From a virus: a DNA stretch of 64,000 bases. Below the pieces are notes generated by a model that worked only from the letters and a program-made list of their open reading frames with translations, was not told where the DNA came from and searched no databases. Location: the IMG/VR virus record IMGVR_UViG_3300026097_000009, positions 32,001-96,000 of that record, one strand, 5' to 3'. Below, piece by piece: positions 9,198 to 19,896 of the stretch; within the stretch, counting starts at the first letter, position 1, and every line of letters starts with the position of its first letter. Made by a program: the position numbers and the translations under genes.

Positions 9198-12100
9198 GCC
9201 TGCGCTTCTGACCATTTTAATACAATATTAGCATTAACTGCGTCGCCACTTACTTTATACACGTTGATAGCAAGAACATCCGGGCCGTTCGGGAAGGTGC
9301 CTCTTCCACCGATTGTGGTATTTGTAAGCTCTTTCAATTTGTCTAGAGTCAATGTCGCCCTTTCTCCAGGTACCGCAATAAACGAAAATACAGTTTCCCC
9401 AGGCTGTGCATACGCAGGATTACCAAATTCAAATGTTACAGTATCAGAAGCACTGATTGATGCTACAGAAGTCTGGCTAAATGTAACCTCGTAAAAAACA
9501 GTGCCTCCTAATTGTAATTCATTAACATTGGATACCGCTGTACCAGCTGGCCAATTAGTATCGGATGCCGCTACAGAAGTACCAACTGTTGCGCCACTGG
9601 CTACCCAGCTTGCTTGTGTGAACAGCAATCTGTTGGTAATTCCTTCATATGTGCTGAAAACGAATTTTAATTCTGTGCTTGCATTAGTTTGATTATTAGC
9701 TGTTGTGCCGCCGAATTGATCTTGATAATATACCTGAACAGAGTCAACGCCGTTGTCTTCTACCCTAGTTACAACATAAGTGTCGCCGCCGGAACCGGTA
9801 AATGCATTGGGATTCTGCGAAAATATTTGTGCACCAACAAGAATAGGACCAGCTGATACATAATCCGCATAATTTAATGGAACTGGAGAAAATCTATCAT
9901 TAAACAGCCCGGTTCTTGTGTACACAAACCCTGTGTCAATATCGTCTGAAACCGTTGCTGTTGCCGTAGTTAAACTTGCGCCGCCATTCCAGTCAACTGA
10001 GCCGCCACCTGCAATCTGTGCAAAACTCGGCTGTCCGCCTTGTGCAAGACCGCTTAATCCTCCCCAGCCGATATCTGCCGGGTTGATAGGATAGTTTTGC
10101 GGATTAAGAATACCTTCGATAACAATGCCACCTCTGATAGGCGAATCATCGCCGGCCGTTCCGTCTGATGTAATTTCCAAACTGTCAAGCAATAACTGAG
10201 CTCGATTCACCAGTTCTCTTTCTCCTAGATCGCCAACAATAGCGTTAGATACGCTCGGTGCTAATCGAATTAAGAACGCAGTTTCTCGTGTAGTAGTTAC
10301 AGAAATGCCGTTAGCTGAATATGAGAATAAGTATCCTCTATCGTCATCAAACAATCCATCTGTTAACAGTGCCGAACCCCAGTGACTAATCACAGGAGTT
10401 ACTGTGGTACTAACTAGAATTACGCCTGCGCCTGCACTGTGACTTACTGCGTCTCCTGCGCTATAGGTTCTATTAGATCCGCCTGCAAAATTACTCAAGT
10501 TGGCTGATCTTGTTAATCCAGAAAGTGTGTTACCGGATCTTGTAGTGTAACTTATTAACTCATTGTCTATCATTATGGTTCCGCCGTTAGTGGGGAAATA
10601 GTAACCATTAAACAATTCTAGTGTTGTATCTCCTGATTCGATGCTTAATCGAAGGGCATCTCTTGCACCTTCGTTCTTAACATCATATCTCACAGGTAAG
10701 TTAGCTGTACGCATGTATGCTTCAGTTCGGTTATTTGAGTTTCTAATTCTGTGGAAAATTATAAATTTACCGTCTGCTCCACGCAACATAAATTCAATAA
10801 ATCCAGCCGCGTACCATGTATATTGTACGCCAATCATCTGCATTTTTGTAGGATCTAGATTATAACCGCTCGGACCGTTTCCATCTAGTTTATCAAGGTT
10901 CCACTCTTCTTGCGGAATAACTTCATCCTGTGTTAGTGCAATTTTTGCTCCGGAAACATTTACCGCTCCTCTAAAATCAGGAGATATTGTCATGTTTTGC
11001 TGATCTGTAATCGAAGTTACCGTATGGCTCATACCTCGTATAACGATCGGATCTCCAACTTTTAGTTGATCTTGGAATCTTGTATCTGTACCTACTACTG
11101 AATTCGAATCAGTATTAACCGCAATTGTTCCTGCTAATTGGAAAGTTGAGCTTCTTTTCACAACAGCCATTTTTATGCCATCGAACTGGAAGAAAATTCC
11201 ATTCTGATCATCGAACGGGCCAGTTCTTACAGTTGCACCGTGCCAGTTTTTAACACTCATAGTAGCTTCAGGTCCTAACGAAGCAGTTAATGCCCCTACT
11301 GGAGTTGACGATCTTACCCTAAAGCTTCTTTCGTCAACTATGCTTTCTATGGTGTATTCGCCGTTATAACCGCCGGTTGATATTCCGGATATAACAATAA
11401 CTCCACCTACTTGTGCGTTATGGTTAGTATCGTCAGTAGTTATTGTTAGCAATGAATTAGCCGCTGTGCTTTCAGCTGTTGCACTTAGTAAGTTATAGTT
11501 CGGAGCAAACAATGCGCCTGTTGTATACATTATGCCTTTACCTGATTGATAACGTATATACTTTTTACTCTGACGAACTGCTTGTGCTCCATGCGCAGGA
11601 CCGCCTGTTCCTAGCTGTACACCGCCGTCGAACGGTCTATGTGTAAAGAAAGTATCCGGACGACTGTACACAACACCTGTCATATCAGTATTGGTATCAA
11701 TAATTCCAGTTGTTCTAGCTGTGTAGCGTATTTCTGTCGGGCCAGGAATTTGACTAACATAAAAAGGACCGCTTGCTAATTCGTGATTTGCACTGGCCAG
11801 TGTAATAATCTGTGTTGCATCTGTGTTTGACACAGCAACAAAGGTATTTTCTCCGCTCGGTGTTCCAAATGCAATTTTATCCCAACCGGACGATGATTCC
11901 ATGCTTTCTACAGACCATGTTATCCCATCGAATGTAGTTGCGGCATTTGTAGATCCTCTTGCAACCGCTACAAAGTTAGTTCCATCGAATGCAACAGAAT
12001 TCCAGTTCGCACTGGTTCCTATGCTTCCTGTAGTCCAATTTATTCCGTCTGTGGAATAACCAGAAGTTGCTGTTCCTTCTGCAACAGCAACAAATCTGTC

Positions 12101-15100
12101 TAGACCAAATTCAATATCTCGCCATGAGGCACTTGCTGGAGCTGTTGCACTTGTCCAACTTTGTCCGCCATTTATAGAGTATGCGGCATCAGTTCCGCCG
12201 GTTTCGAAGGTTACAAAATAAGTTACCCCTCTTAGTGTGCCTGCACCAATTGCTCTCCAGTTTGACGTCGTAGGCAATGTCGATCCTGTCCATGTCTGGC
12301 CTCCATCTGTAGAATATGCGGCAGCCGTAGAATTATTTCTTACTGCAACAAAGACGCCGTCACCGTATGCTACACCGTTCCATGTTCCTGAGCTTGGTAG
12401 TGTGGAAGCAGTCCAGCTAATCCCATCTGTAGAGTATGCGGCTTCGTTTGTATCTCCGACCGCAACAAAATATCCTACTCCATCAACTTCGCCGTATGCC
12501 ATATCTTCCCAAGCACTTGCGCTAGGCATTGTTGATGCTGTCCAGGTTTCTCCGGTAGTACTGTGTGCGGCAACATTAGATCCGCTTTCTACAGCAACGA
12601 ATCTATCTTCACCGTATGCAATTCCTCGCCAGTCGCCGGACACAGTAATAGTGCCGTCGGCACCACTAAATGCTGGTGGAGGATTTGACGATATATCAAT
12701 TAATAAACTGGACCCAGGCACAAGTCCGTGATCGGATTCAAAATCAATTGTTATTGTTGCAATAGCTCCAACATTAAGGGTAGTTCCATTTGTAATAGAA
12801 CCTATTAACGCATCACTTAGGGTTAAAGAACTAAAGAAAGTAATTGAATCTCCTTCGTAAGGTGTTCCGGAAACATCAGCATCGGTAATTGCGCCTTGAT
12901 CTACAGCAGTTACAACTATTATTGCATCGTTTGTTCCAGTTGTACCGCCTAAAGCCGAACCTGGGATTAAAATTTTGTCGCCAGTGTTATATCCAGAACC
13001 ACCATTTTGCACTGAAACAGAATAAGAACCGTCTTGTCTAGTAATTGTAAAGAAAGATCCACCACCGGACGGTGTAACAAGACTGCCTGTTACACCAGTA
13101 TAATCTGCATCACCTGTTACACCTGTGCCACTTAGTACTGTAAAGTTAACAACCGCTCCTGTGCCGAAAGAAACTCCATCAACCCTAATTGTAATATCGT
13201 TATCGGGAGAAGTTCCGCCGAAATCAGTTCCTACAAAAGTTACAACATCACCTTGTGCGTGTCCACTGCCTCCTGCAAATAAAGACACTGTGTAGTTCCC
13301 ACTACCGCCTTCACGATCTACATCAATTCTAAAATTAATGCCAGCTCCGGTAGTTGAATCCTGATTTACATTTGTATATGTTTCGCCGCCTGATATCGAC
13401 GTACCTTCAGTTTCAAAAGAAGTAATTGCGCCGCCTGAATCAATTTCTGTAACTATAATTGTTAGATCGTTAGCGGGTGTTTCACCGCCTAAATTATCCC
13501 CTGTAACTAAAATTCTATCGTTTACAGCATAGTTTTGTCCAATTTTAGAACTGTCTTGGGCATCAAACACAGTGTAAGCACCGGCAGATCTAGAAACATT
13601 GAATGTTCCGTCTTCTCCGATAGGTTGAACGTTAGATCCGCTCACTCCAGTGTTTGTTCCATTACTTCCTGTAAGTGTAGAAGTATATGGACCACTAAAA
13701 TCAACTGTATTACCGTCAATCGCAGTAATAAACAGAGCATCGCCCTCGCTGTTATCAACGGCCATTCCGGCTGATAATCCTGAAGAATCAGTTAACGTAA
13801 TAGATGTTGAATCTTCTGCAACATCATCTGCAATGTTTAATTCAGTTCCGTTGGCACCTGCATCTGCAACACCTGTTATGCTAGATCCTGGTACTAAAGA
13901 ACTAGACCCTGAAATAGGCGATCCGATTGTCGGAGCAGTTCCTGTAAATGCTATAAATGTAGAATCTGTAGGGGTGTTAAATCTAGATGTAACTGAAGCA
14001 TTTGTACCATTCGATTCTACCGAAAACGTAGGAGTTCCTATAGAGCTTCCTGTATAGAACGCTCCCTTCCTAATTTGTGTGAAGTTTGTTACTAATTCTT
14101 CGCCGTTAGATTGTCCTACTTTAGCCTGAGAATAGTAGGTAAATGTGGTGGCTGTAGGAACTCTAAACACTAGAAAACTACCTTCAGCTCTACCAAAACC
14201 TCTAATATTATTACTTAGGCCTTTCACTGTAATCGGATCACCTACTGAGAAGTTGTGAGGACCCGGGGTAGTTACTGTAATTAAAGAAGAACCGAAATCA
14301 CCTGAATTTGACGATGCGTCTGTGATCACTGAAGAAATATCAATATCTGTTCCTGGTACTTCGTATATGGACGGATAACTTCTCTGTAATGCAATCGCTT
14401 GCCACTTAGTAGGCTGTAACCCGTATTCAAAGTCAGCGTCAAGCATAGCTTGCGGAGTAGCGACACGCATACGTTCGATAGCGTCTGTTCCAAAGTCCCA
14501 CGGTCTGATAGTTTGATATTCTTCTTCTGAAAATACCTGAATGCTGTCGCTGGCGCTCATCGAGCTTGTATCATATTCTAGATAGATCGATGTAACACCA
14601 TCAGTAGCTTGCGAATATGTAGGCCAATCTAGATCTCTGATGTATTCTCCGGTACTATCTCTACCTTGCTTTATAACAAACGAGCCGCCGGCGGTTGTAT
14701 CTGAAAAATTATATATTATGTTGTTTGTATCGGTATTGGTAATCAGCAATATTTCATTACTGTTAAATTTACCTAAAACTTTTATTGTGCTTACACCAAA
14801 CTCTTTAGCCGGTACTTCATCATCGCCGTTTGTCATTACATTTGTTAAAATACCAACTAATGCGGTAATTCTTGCGGCGGCACCTGTTTCTGCATTGTTA
14901 TCTAAAGTTTGTTGTACACTGTCAGTCTGCCCAAATGTAGGTGCGCTGGTATTAGTAAAAATATAAGTGTTAATTAAACTATTGATATAGTTTTGTCCAG
15001 CAACATCTTCAGCAGGACTATCGCCTAACTGGCTAACTCCGTTGCGCCAAAAATAACTTGAAAGATTTCTAGTTTCGATGTTCCCGCCGTATCTCAAGTC

Positions 15101-15334
15101 GTGTGCGTAAGCATCGACAGCATATCCTGCGTCTCTTCTGCAGTCTGCTTCGCTGTACAAAAATCCATTAAAAGGAGAATTACCTTCAGATATTTCGTTA
15201 TTAATAAATGCTACAAGTTGATCTTGTATAAAGGTTTTGTTAGCTGTTAGTAAAGCATATGCATTTGGGTATAAGTTTGCGCTTCTACTTATTCCTGGAT
15301 GAAAAACATAATCTTTTATAATCTTTTTTGCCAT
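9194..15334 (-). CDS. Giant virion structural / tail-fibre-associated protein (2046 aa) with a beta-propeller
   Basis: G/T/S-rich beta repeats (GGSG..Y..GD.I.I.G..LGG.T..ND); 6-7 W....LP....W..VAYG.G.FVAV blades; DADFEYGLQPTKW motif; lies within the structural operon. Confidence 0.75.
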   Translation of the reverse strand: MAKKIIKDYVFHPGISRSANLYPNAYALLTANKTFIQDQLVAFINNEISEGNSPFNGFLYSEADCRRDAGYAVDAYAHDLRYGGNIETRNLSSYFWRNGVSQLGDSPAEDVAGQNYINSLINTYIFTNTSAPTFGQTDSVQQTLDNNAETGAAARITALVGILTNVMTNGDDEVPAKEFGVSTIKVLGKFNSNEILLITNTDTNNIIYNFSDTTAGGSFVIKQGRDSTGEYIRDLDWPTYSQATDGVTSIYLEYDTSSMSASDSIQVFSEEEYQTIRPWDFGTDAIERMRVATPQAMLDADFEYGLQPTKWQAIALQRSYPSIYEVPGTDIDISSVITDASSNSGDFGSSLITVTTPGPHNFSVGDPITVKGLSNNIRGFGRAEGSFLVFRVPTATTFTYYSQAKVGQSNGEELVTNFTQIRKGAFYTGSSIGTPTFSVESNGTNASVTSRFNTPTDSTFIAFTGTAPTIGSPISGSSSLVPGSSITGVADAGANGTELNIADDVAEDSTSITLTDSSGLSAGMAVDNSEGDALFITAIDGNTVDFSGPYTSTLTGSNGTNTGVSGSNVQPIGEDGTFNVSRSAGAYTVFDAQDSSKIGQNYAVNDRILVTGDNLGGETPANDLTIIVTEIDSGGAITSFETEGTSISGGETYTNVNQDSTTGAGINFRIDVDREGGSGNYTVSLFAGGSGHAQGDVVTFVGTDFGGTSPDNDITIRVDGVSFGTGAVVNFTVLSGTGVTGDADYTGVTGSLVTPSGGGSFFTITRQDGSYSVSVQNGGSGYNTGDKILIPGSALGGTTGTNDAIIVVTAVDQGAITDADVSGTPYEGDSITFFSSLTLSDALIGSITNGTTLNVGAIATITIDFESDHGLVPGSSLLIDISSNPPPAFSGADGTITVSGDWRGIAYGEDRFVAVESGSNVAAHSTTGETWTASTMPSASAWEDMAYGEVDGVGYFVAVGDTNEAAYSTDGISWTASTLPSSGTWNGVAYGDGVFVAVRNNSTAAAYSTDGGQTWTGSTLPTTSNWRAIGAGTLRGVTYFVTFETGGTDAAYSINGGQSWTSATAPASASWRDIEFGLDRFVAVAEGTATSGYSTDGINWTTGSIGTSANWNSVAFDGTNFVAVARGSTNAATTFDGITWSVESMESSSGWDKIAFGTPSGENTFVAVSNTDATQIITLASANHELASGPFYVSQIPGPTEIRYTARTTGIIDTNTDMTGVVYSRPDTFFTHRPFDGGVQLGTGGPAHGAQAVRQSKKYIRYQSGKGIMYTTGALFAPNYNLLSATAESTAANSLLTITTDDTNHNAQVGGVIVISGISTGGYNGEYTIESIVDERSFRVRSSTPVGALTASLGPEATMSVKNWHGATVRTGPFDDQNGIFFQFDGIKMAVVKRSSTFQLAGTIAVNTDSNSVVGTDTRFQDQLKVGDPIVIRGMSHTVTSITDQQNMTISPDFRGAVNVSGAKIALTQDEVIPQEEWNLDKLDGNGPSGYNLDPTKMQMIGVQYTWYAAGFIEFMLRGADGKFIIFHRIRNSNNRTEAYMRTANLPVRYDVKNEGARDALRLSIESGDTTLELFNGYYFPTNGGTIMIDNELISYTTRSGNTLSGLTRSANLSNFAGGSNRTYSAGDAVSHSAGAGVILVSTTVTPVISHWGSALLTDGLFDDDRGYLFSYSANGISVTTTRETAFLIRLAPSVSNAIVGDLGERELVNRAQLLLDSLEITSDGTAGDDSPIRGGIVIEGILNPQNYPINPADIGWGGLSGLAQGGQPSFAQIAGGGSVDWNGGASLTTATATVSDDIDTGFVYTRTGLFNDRFSPVPLNYADYVSAGPILVGAQIFSQNPNAFTGSGGDTYVVTRVEDNGVDSVQVYYQDQFGGTTANNQTNASTELKFVFSTYEGITNRLLFTQASWVASGATVGTSVAASDTNWPAGTAVSNVNELQLGGTVFYEVTFSQTSVASISASDTVTFEFGNPAYAQPGETVFSFIAVPGERATLTLDKLKELTNTTIGGRGTFPNGPDVLAINVYKVSGDAVNANIVLKWSEAQA

Positions 15335-15335
15335 T

Positions 15336-15989
15336 TTATGCTCCGAATGCTATACTAAACGCTGAAATTCTAGTGTCGACATAATCTTTTCTCGTTGCGT
15401 CAGATGTTTGTGTTGGTTGATTATTAATAGTAATACTGTCCGATGTTAACGTGTTTACTTCAACTGTATCGGCTGCAATTCTTGCACCAATATCTGCGTT
15501 TCCTGTAATACTTAAATTTCCAGTTCCTATAATTTCTCCTTGAACCGAAAGCTCTCCTGCACTATCGCCTGGCCCTACATTCAAGGAAGTAAAACTTGCG
15601 GCTCTAGGAACAGCAAGTCCAATTTCGATATTATCAATCTTACCAATATTAGAACTACTAGAAATATTAACAACACCGTCTACTACTGAAAAATAAGGTG
15701 TTGATCCTTCACTGATTGTTAAATCGCCATCAATATCTAAAAAATCCAGTGTGCCTACTCTGCGTAAGTTACTACCTGTAATACCATCACCTAAGGAAAT
15801 AGTGGTAGATTCTCCGCCTTCAACTAATTGGGTTCCTTTAATTATGATGTTGTCTACTCTTAAAACACTTTCGTCAGCACCCGAGTCTATGACTAATGAT
15901 GCGAGAGAAACATTTCCTTCTTCGTCTACATTAAAACCCGGACTTTCAAATCCAAATTTAGATTGAAACGCCTTGTAGTTTACTGGCAC
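15336..15989 (-). CDS. Virion structural protein (fibre/connector-like)
   Basis: GTG start with SD AGGAGA; ends DATRKDYVD..ISAFSIAFGA (fibre motif AT.K.YVD plus hydrophobic C-terminus); late promoter at 16011-16016. Confidence 0.7.
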   Translation of the reverse strand: MPVNYKAFQSKFGFESPGFNVDEEGNVSLASLVIDSGADESVLRVDNIIIKGTQLVEGGESTTISLGDGITGSNLRRVGTLDFLDIDGDLTISEGSTPYFSVVDGVVNISSSSNIGKIDNIEIGLAVPRAASFTSLNVGPGDSAGELSVQGEIIGTGNLSITGNADIGARIAADTVEVNTLTSDSITINNQPTQTSDATRKDYVDTRISAFSIAFGA

Positions 15990-16032
15990 CCATATCTCCT
16001 TAATAATAAGTATTTATTCATTTTTAGCTGTG

Positions 16033-16467
16033 TCAAGATCGTGTTGGATTATTTATAGTTTCGTAGTATGTGGCGCTAAAAATAGCCCTTGCACCGTCTA
16101 ATAATGTACTGTTGTCGTATGTGCTTCCGTCTGGGCTTTCGGCAGGATTTATAATTACATTTACATTACTGTTGTCAACGGTTGCTGTAACATCGATAAG
16201 ATTTTCTGAAAGTGTGAGAGACCCATAAACTATAACATTTGCTTCACTCGGACCTGCTAACACCGAACATTTTAATAGTTGTTTTCTTGCGTTTGAAATA
16301 TCAACCACAATAGTATAGTCGGCAGCCATAAATTCGCCAACATACCATTTATCTAGGATTGTGTTTGATTCAACAGGAACCCAAGGACCTTTGTAAGAAA
16401 AGTTTACACCGTTTTGTAATCTAAGGGTTTTATTAAAACCACGAAAAAAATACTTTGAAAAATCCAT
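16033..16467 (-). CDS. Hypothetical virion protein
   Basis: 144-aa beta-rich ORF with late promoter TAAATA at 16487-16492. Confidence 0.65.
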   Translation of the reverse strand: MDFSKYFFRGFNKTLRLQNGVNFSYKGPWVPVESNTILDKWYVGEFMAADYTIVVDISNARKQLLKCSVLAGPSEANVIVYGSLTLSENLIDVTATVDNSNVNVIINPAESPDGSTYDNSTLLDGARAIFSATYYETINNPTRS

Positions 16468-16493
16468 ACATACTACCTTACGATAGTATTTAT

Positions 16494-17087
16494 TTAATTT
16501 TTAATGTTTTCGATTTTTGTTTTAAAAGCAACGGTTGTGCGTAAACCCTTGAATGTTTTGTTGGGCGGAAGACCGTGATGTTCTATACTACCTTGAAAGA
16601 ACGCAACTCTTCCAGGTTTTGGTAAAATCTTTTTAATTCCTGATTTTAAATGCAGAATAGTTTCACCTCCCCAGGCGTCATGCCATTCTCGATTTGCATA
16701 GTATAATATTGTTATACTATCTTCAGTAGGATGATCAGTATGTGGAATAGTATCATGAATATATTGTTGCCCATTGACCATAATTTCGTGACACTTTACG
16801 TCATATTTAAGATTATTAATTAGTACCTTGTAAAACATTTTCCAACAGGTGTCAGTGTGTATATGTGATACCGCTGGAAAAATCTGTTGTTTTAGACATG
16901 GAGTTTCATTAGTGATGTTATCTTCGAAATAAGTTGTATGCCCCCAATTCCAACCATAAGAGTTATGAATAGTGTCGTGAACATGATCCACAAACCAATC
17001 AGGAAACAGATTATCAAGAACTAACAGTTTGTCTTGATAAGGATTAAAATCGTTAATCTTATCTGTTTCCTCTTGGGTAGATATCAT
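16494..17087 (-). CDS. 2OG-Fe(II) dioxygenase (prolyl-4-hydroxylase-like)
   Basis: HTD (HxD), TILYYAN.EW..AWGGET, PKPGR..FF.G.I.HH and the R.TVAFK 2OG-binding Arg. Confidence 0.9.
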   Translation of the reverse strand: MISTQEETDKINDFNPYQDKLLVLDNLFPDWFVDHVHDTIHNSYGWNWGHTTYFEDNITNETPCLKQQIFPAVSHIHTDTCWKMFYKVLINNLKYDVKCHEIMVNGQQYIHDTIPHTDHPTEDSITILYYANREWHDAWGGETILHLKSGIKKILPKPGRVAFFQGSIEHHGLPPNKTFKGLRTTVAFKTKIENIKN

Positions 17088-18877
17088 CAGTTTTTAACAG
17101 TAATTAATTTACCATATTCAGGTAAGAACAGATATTCAATATCCGAATTTACCAGTGTTCTAACAGCATCGTCAAGTGTTTCTACGAGAGGTTCGCCTCC
17201 TAGATTAAACGAAGTATTAAACACAATCGGTACACCGGTTTGCTTATAAAACTCTGAAATTAGAGAATGATAGTGTTCGTTCTGTTCAGGAGTTACTGTT
17301 TGAATTCGACAGGTTCCATCTACATGGATAATACTAGGAATTTTTTCAGCGATCCCTGGCTGGCATTTTACTGCGTACATCATATACGGTGAGTCTTCCA
17401 TTCCTCTTAGATCGAACCAATCATGCACATGTTCAGCAAGAATTGACCCTGCAAACGGACGGAAGTATTCACGACGTTTAATCATGTTAACAAAATCTTT
17501 ACCGTCTTCAAATGTTGGATCGAATAGGATACTTCTGTTACCTAACGCCCTCGGACCTGCTTCTGAACTTCCTTGGAATAGAGATACAATATTTTTCTCT
17601 TTCATTAATGCTACAACGTTTTCATTATTTGCATCGGAAATTTCTACACCGTATTTTTCTACCACGCTAGAAATATCAGAGTCTGTATAATTGTATCGTG
17701 GACCATGATACAAATCTTTCAAAGGACGAACAGTCATATCGTCTTCAATACCGTGCCAGAACATCATTGCCGCACCTATTGCTGTTCCTGCATCATTAGA
17801 TACTGGCTCTACAAACAGCTCGATTCCTTCGTCCTTTAACTCTTCAAGATAATAATAATTAGCCACACAGTTTAAGCCGTATCCACCGGACAGCACAACT
17901 TGCTTCTTTCCTGTTTTTTCAACAGCCATTCTAATAACTTTTAATACCTGTTCTTGGGTTGCTTTCTGACATGCGTATGCCATATCACGACGATTCTGTT
18001 CTTTTGTTAAATCGTCACTTTCAGGAATATCATTTATAAACTCGAACACATTTTGATTTACAAATGCGCCTTGTGGGTAATTAGGAATAAACAGGTCACG
18101 GTTTGCTCTATCACCGTAAGCAGTTGGTCTAAAGAACTCCGGAATTTTATCATTCTTTTCACCGTATGGAAATAATCCCATTGTTTTTCCTGCTTCGATT
18201 GCTGGAAATCCGCAGTATTCTGTAACGGCTTCGTATACTTTTGTAATGCCGCATGTATCAGAGAATACACATTCATGCGTATAACCGTCTTCTGCATAAT
18301 ATGAGCTGTCGAAATCTGGAACATAAGAAGATACAATAGGATCTCGTGCTCCTAGATGCTTCCAGACAGTTCTAAAATCTGCAGGATACGAACAATCGAT
18401 GATACTTTCTGTTTCGAAGAAAGTTAAATGACTGTCTCCATATGAAATAGGAACAAATGTTCCTGCGCCATCTACAACAACAGCTACCGCATCTTCAAAA
18501 CCCGAACGATAAAACGCACAGGCCGCGTGTAGCTTATGGTGCATGAATGCTAAATCCACAACCTGTGGATGATTTAGGCCAATATGAGGTTCGATTAGTC
18601 CTACTTTTCTTGCAAGTGCTGTATACACATCGTCAGGAGAGTAATCAATTTTTCCTGCGCTGCCTAGTTCAGTTGTGTGGGCAATAACTAGATAGTCAAT
18701 TTTATCTGTATACTCTTTTATTTTAAGCATAGAAGCAAGAGGACCGCCATCATATTTCTGACGGCTAAATCTTTCTTCTTCTGTGGCAAAGACTAACTCG
18801 CCATCCTTTAATAAGCATACGCCGGAGTTATGGCCTCTAGCAATACCAGCTACCCATGTTGATTTTTTATCACTCAT
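17087..18877 (-). CDS. O-carbamoyltransferase (NodU/CmcH/TobZ family)
   Basis: EEERFSRQK, HHKLHA, VVDGAG, AGKTMGL, SGGYGLNCVAN, NDAGTAIGAA, EAGPRALGNRSIL, KRREYFRPFA, HVDGTCRIQTV, NTSFNLGGEPLV. Confidence 0.95.
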   Translation of the reverse strand: MSDKKSTWVAGIARGHNSGVCLLKDGELVFATEEERFSRQKYDGGPLASMLKIKEYTDKIDYLVIAHTTELGSAGKIDYSPDDVYTALARKVGLIEPHIGLNHPQVVDLAFMHHKLHAACAFYRSGFEDAVAVVVDGAGTFVPISYGDSHLTFFETESIIDCSYPADFRTVWKHLGARDPIVSSYVPDFDSSYYAEDGYTHECVFSDTCGITKVYEAVTEYCGFPAIEAGKTMGLFPYGEKNDKIPEFFRPTAYGDRANRDLFIPNYPQGAFVNQNVFEFINDIPESDDLTKEQNRRDMAYACQKATQEQVLKVIRMAVEKTGKKQVVLSGGYGLNCVANYYYLEELKDEGIELFVEPVSNDAGTAIGAAMMFWHGIEDDMTVRPLKDLYHGPRYNYTDSDISSVVEKYGVEISDANNENVVALMKEKNIVSLFQGSSEAGPRALGNRSILFDPTFEDGKDFVNMIKRREYFRPFAGSILAEHVHDWFDLRGMEDSPYMMYAVKCQPGIAEKIPSIIHVDGTCRIQTVTPEQNEHYHSLISEFYKQTGVPIVFNTSFNLGGEPLVETLDDAVRTLVNSDIEYLFLPEYGKLITVKN

Positions 18878-19818
18878 TCTGTCACCTTGGTTGATTCTGT
18901 AATATGTGTAATTATGTGATCTACAATGTCGTCTGTCATGGTCATGATATTCTCCATTTTTCGATCTACACGCTCGTCTATGGTAATTCTAATTGGACTA
19001 TATTCTCTATCAATTTCTCCCAAATCCATAATTGTAATAAAATCACAATCTGGATAGGATACATTTATAGGATAAGTTGATCCTGTAATCACGGTTGCAT
19101 TTTTTTCCATAGAATATGCTAAGTGTTGCCCTACACTATCGCATCCTAAAAAATGATCAGCATGCTTAATAATTGCTCCCCACTGTCTTAGTGGAACATT
19201 TTCCGGAAATGCAACTTCATCTTTTAATTTTTCATCGGTGAGATCTACCTTAAATTCTGACATTACAACAATGCCAAATCCTTCTTTCTGTAACCTTTTA
19301 ATAATTTGCTTGAGATTTCTAAGCTCGATACTTCTAGCAGTTCTATCAATTAGAGTGTCATCGACTATTTCAATTCCTCTACCAAAAGGCTGTATAACAA
19401 CGACCTTGTCTTTCTTGGTTCTAGATTTAACTTCGTTGATTACCTGTCTTCCAAAAAGCAATTCATCTTTTGAAAGATTTAAGGTCGGTGCTGGAAGATC
19501 TCTAACACCTTTATTATTAATTTCTAAATCAAATGCTTGAGATAAACTGCATTGTTGATTGTAATATTCCCATATGCGATATGGCTCCGTGGAAATAATA
19601 TCCATATTGACAAGTTTGTCTTGGAAAATATTCTTGTGCCATGCATCATACACTTTGTCGTCAAGTGTTGGATGCCCTTTAAAAATATCAGATCCGCCTT
19701 CGCATACGATTATAAAATCGTCGGTAACTTCTTCTTGGTATTTTTCAAATGCTGGTATAGAACAGATCATTCTTCCTGCTCCACCGTTGATAAAAAATGC
19801 TTTAGGTCTTGTTGTCAT
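18874..19818 (-). CDS. GT-B glycosyltransferase, GT9 (heptosyltransferase-like); start revised to 19818
   Basis: NGGAGRMICSIPA (G.GD-like), VVIQPFG and LRQWGAIIKHADHFLGCDSVGQHLA match the GT9 motif L.....LI..A..F.G.DSG..HLA. Confidence 0.75.
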   Translation of the reverse strand: MTTRPKAFFINGGAGRMICSIPAFEKYQEEVTDDFIIVCEGGSDIFKGHPTLDDKVYDAWHKNIFQDKLVNMDIISTEPYRIWEYYNQQCSLSQAFDLEINNKGVRDLPAPTLNLSKDELLFGRQVINEVKSRTKKDKVVVIQPFGRGIEIVDDTLIDRTARSIELRNLKQIIKRLQKEGFGIVVMSEFKVDLTDEKLKDEVAFPENVPLRQWGAIIKHADHFLGCDSVGQHLAYSMEKNATVITGSTYPINVSYPDCDFITIMDLGEIDREYSPIRITIDERVDRKMENIMTMTDDIVDHIITHITESTKVTE

Positions 19819-19843
19819 GATGTTCCTGCTCTTGGTTACATTA

Positions 19844-19872
19844 AGTATAAAACTAATTATACAAAAATGCAA
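19844..19872 (-). promoter_or_regulatory. Sigma70-type promoter driving the GT9-carbamoyltransferase-2OG cassette
   Basis: TTGCAT (19872-19867), 17-nt spacer, TATACT (19849-19844), then AGGA and ATG at 19818. Confidence 0.7.
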
Positions 19873-19896
19873 CCGCGAGTAGGAAAAAAGAGTGTA

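Noticed and set aside
16494-17087. TET/JBP DNA dioxygenase
   Set aside because: The motifs (W...WGGET, PKPGR) fit P4H-like 2OG oxygenases, and no C5-methyltransferase or hydroxymethylase is adjacent. DNA modification is not excluded but is less favoured.
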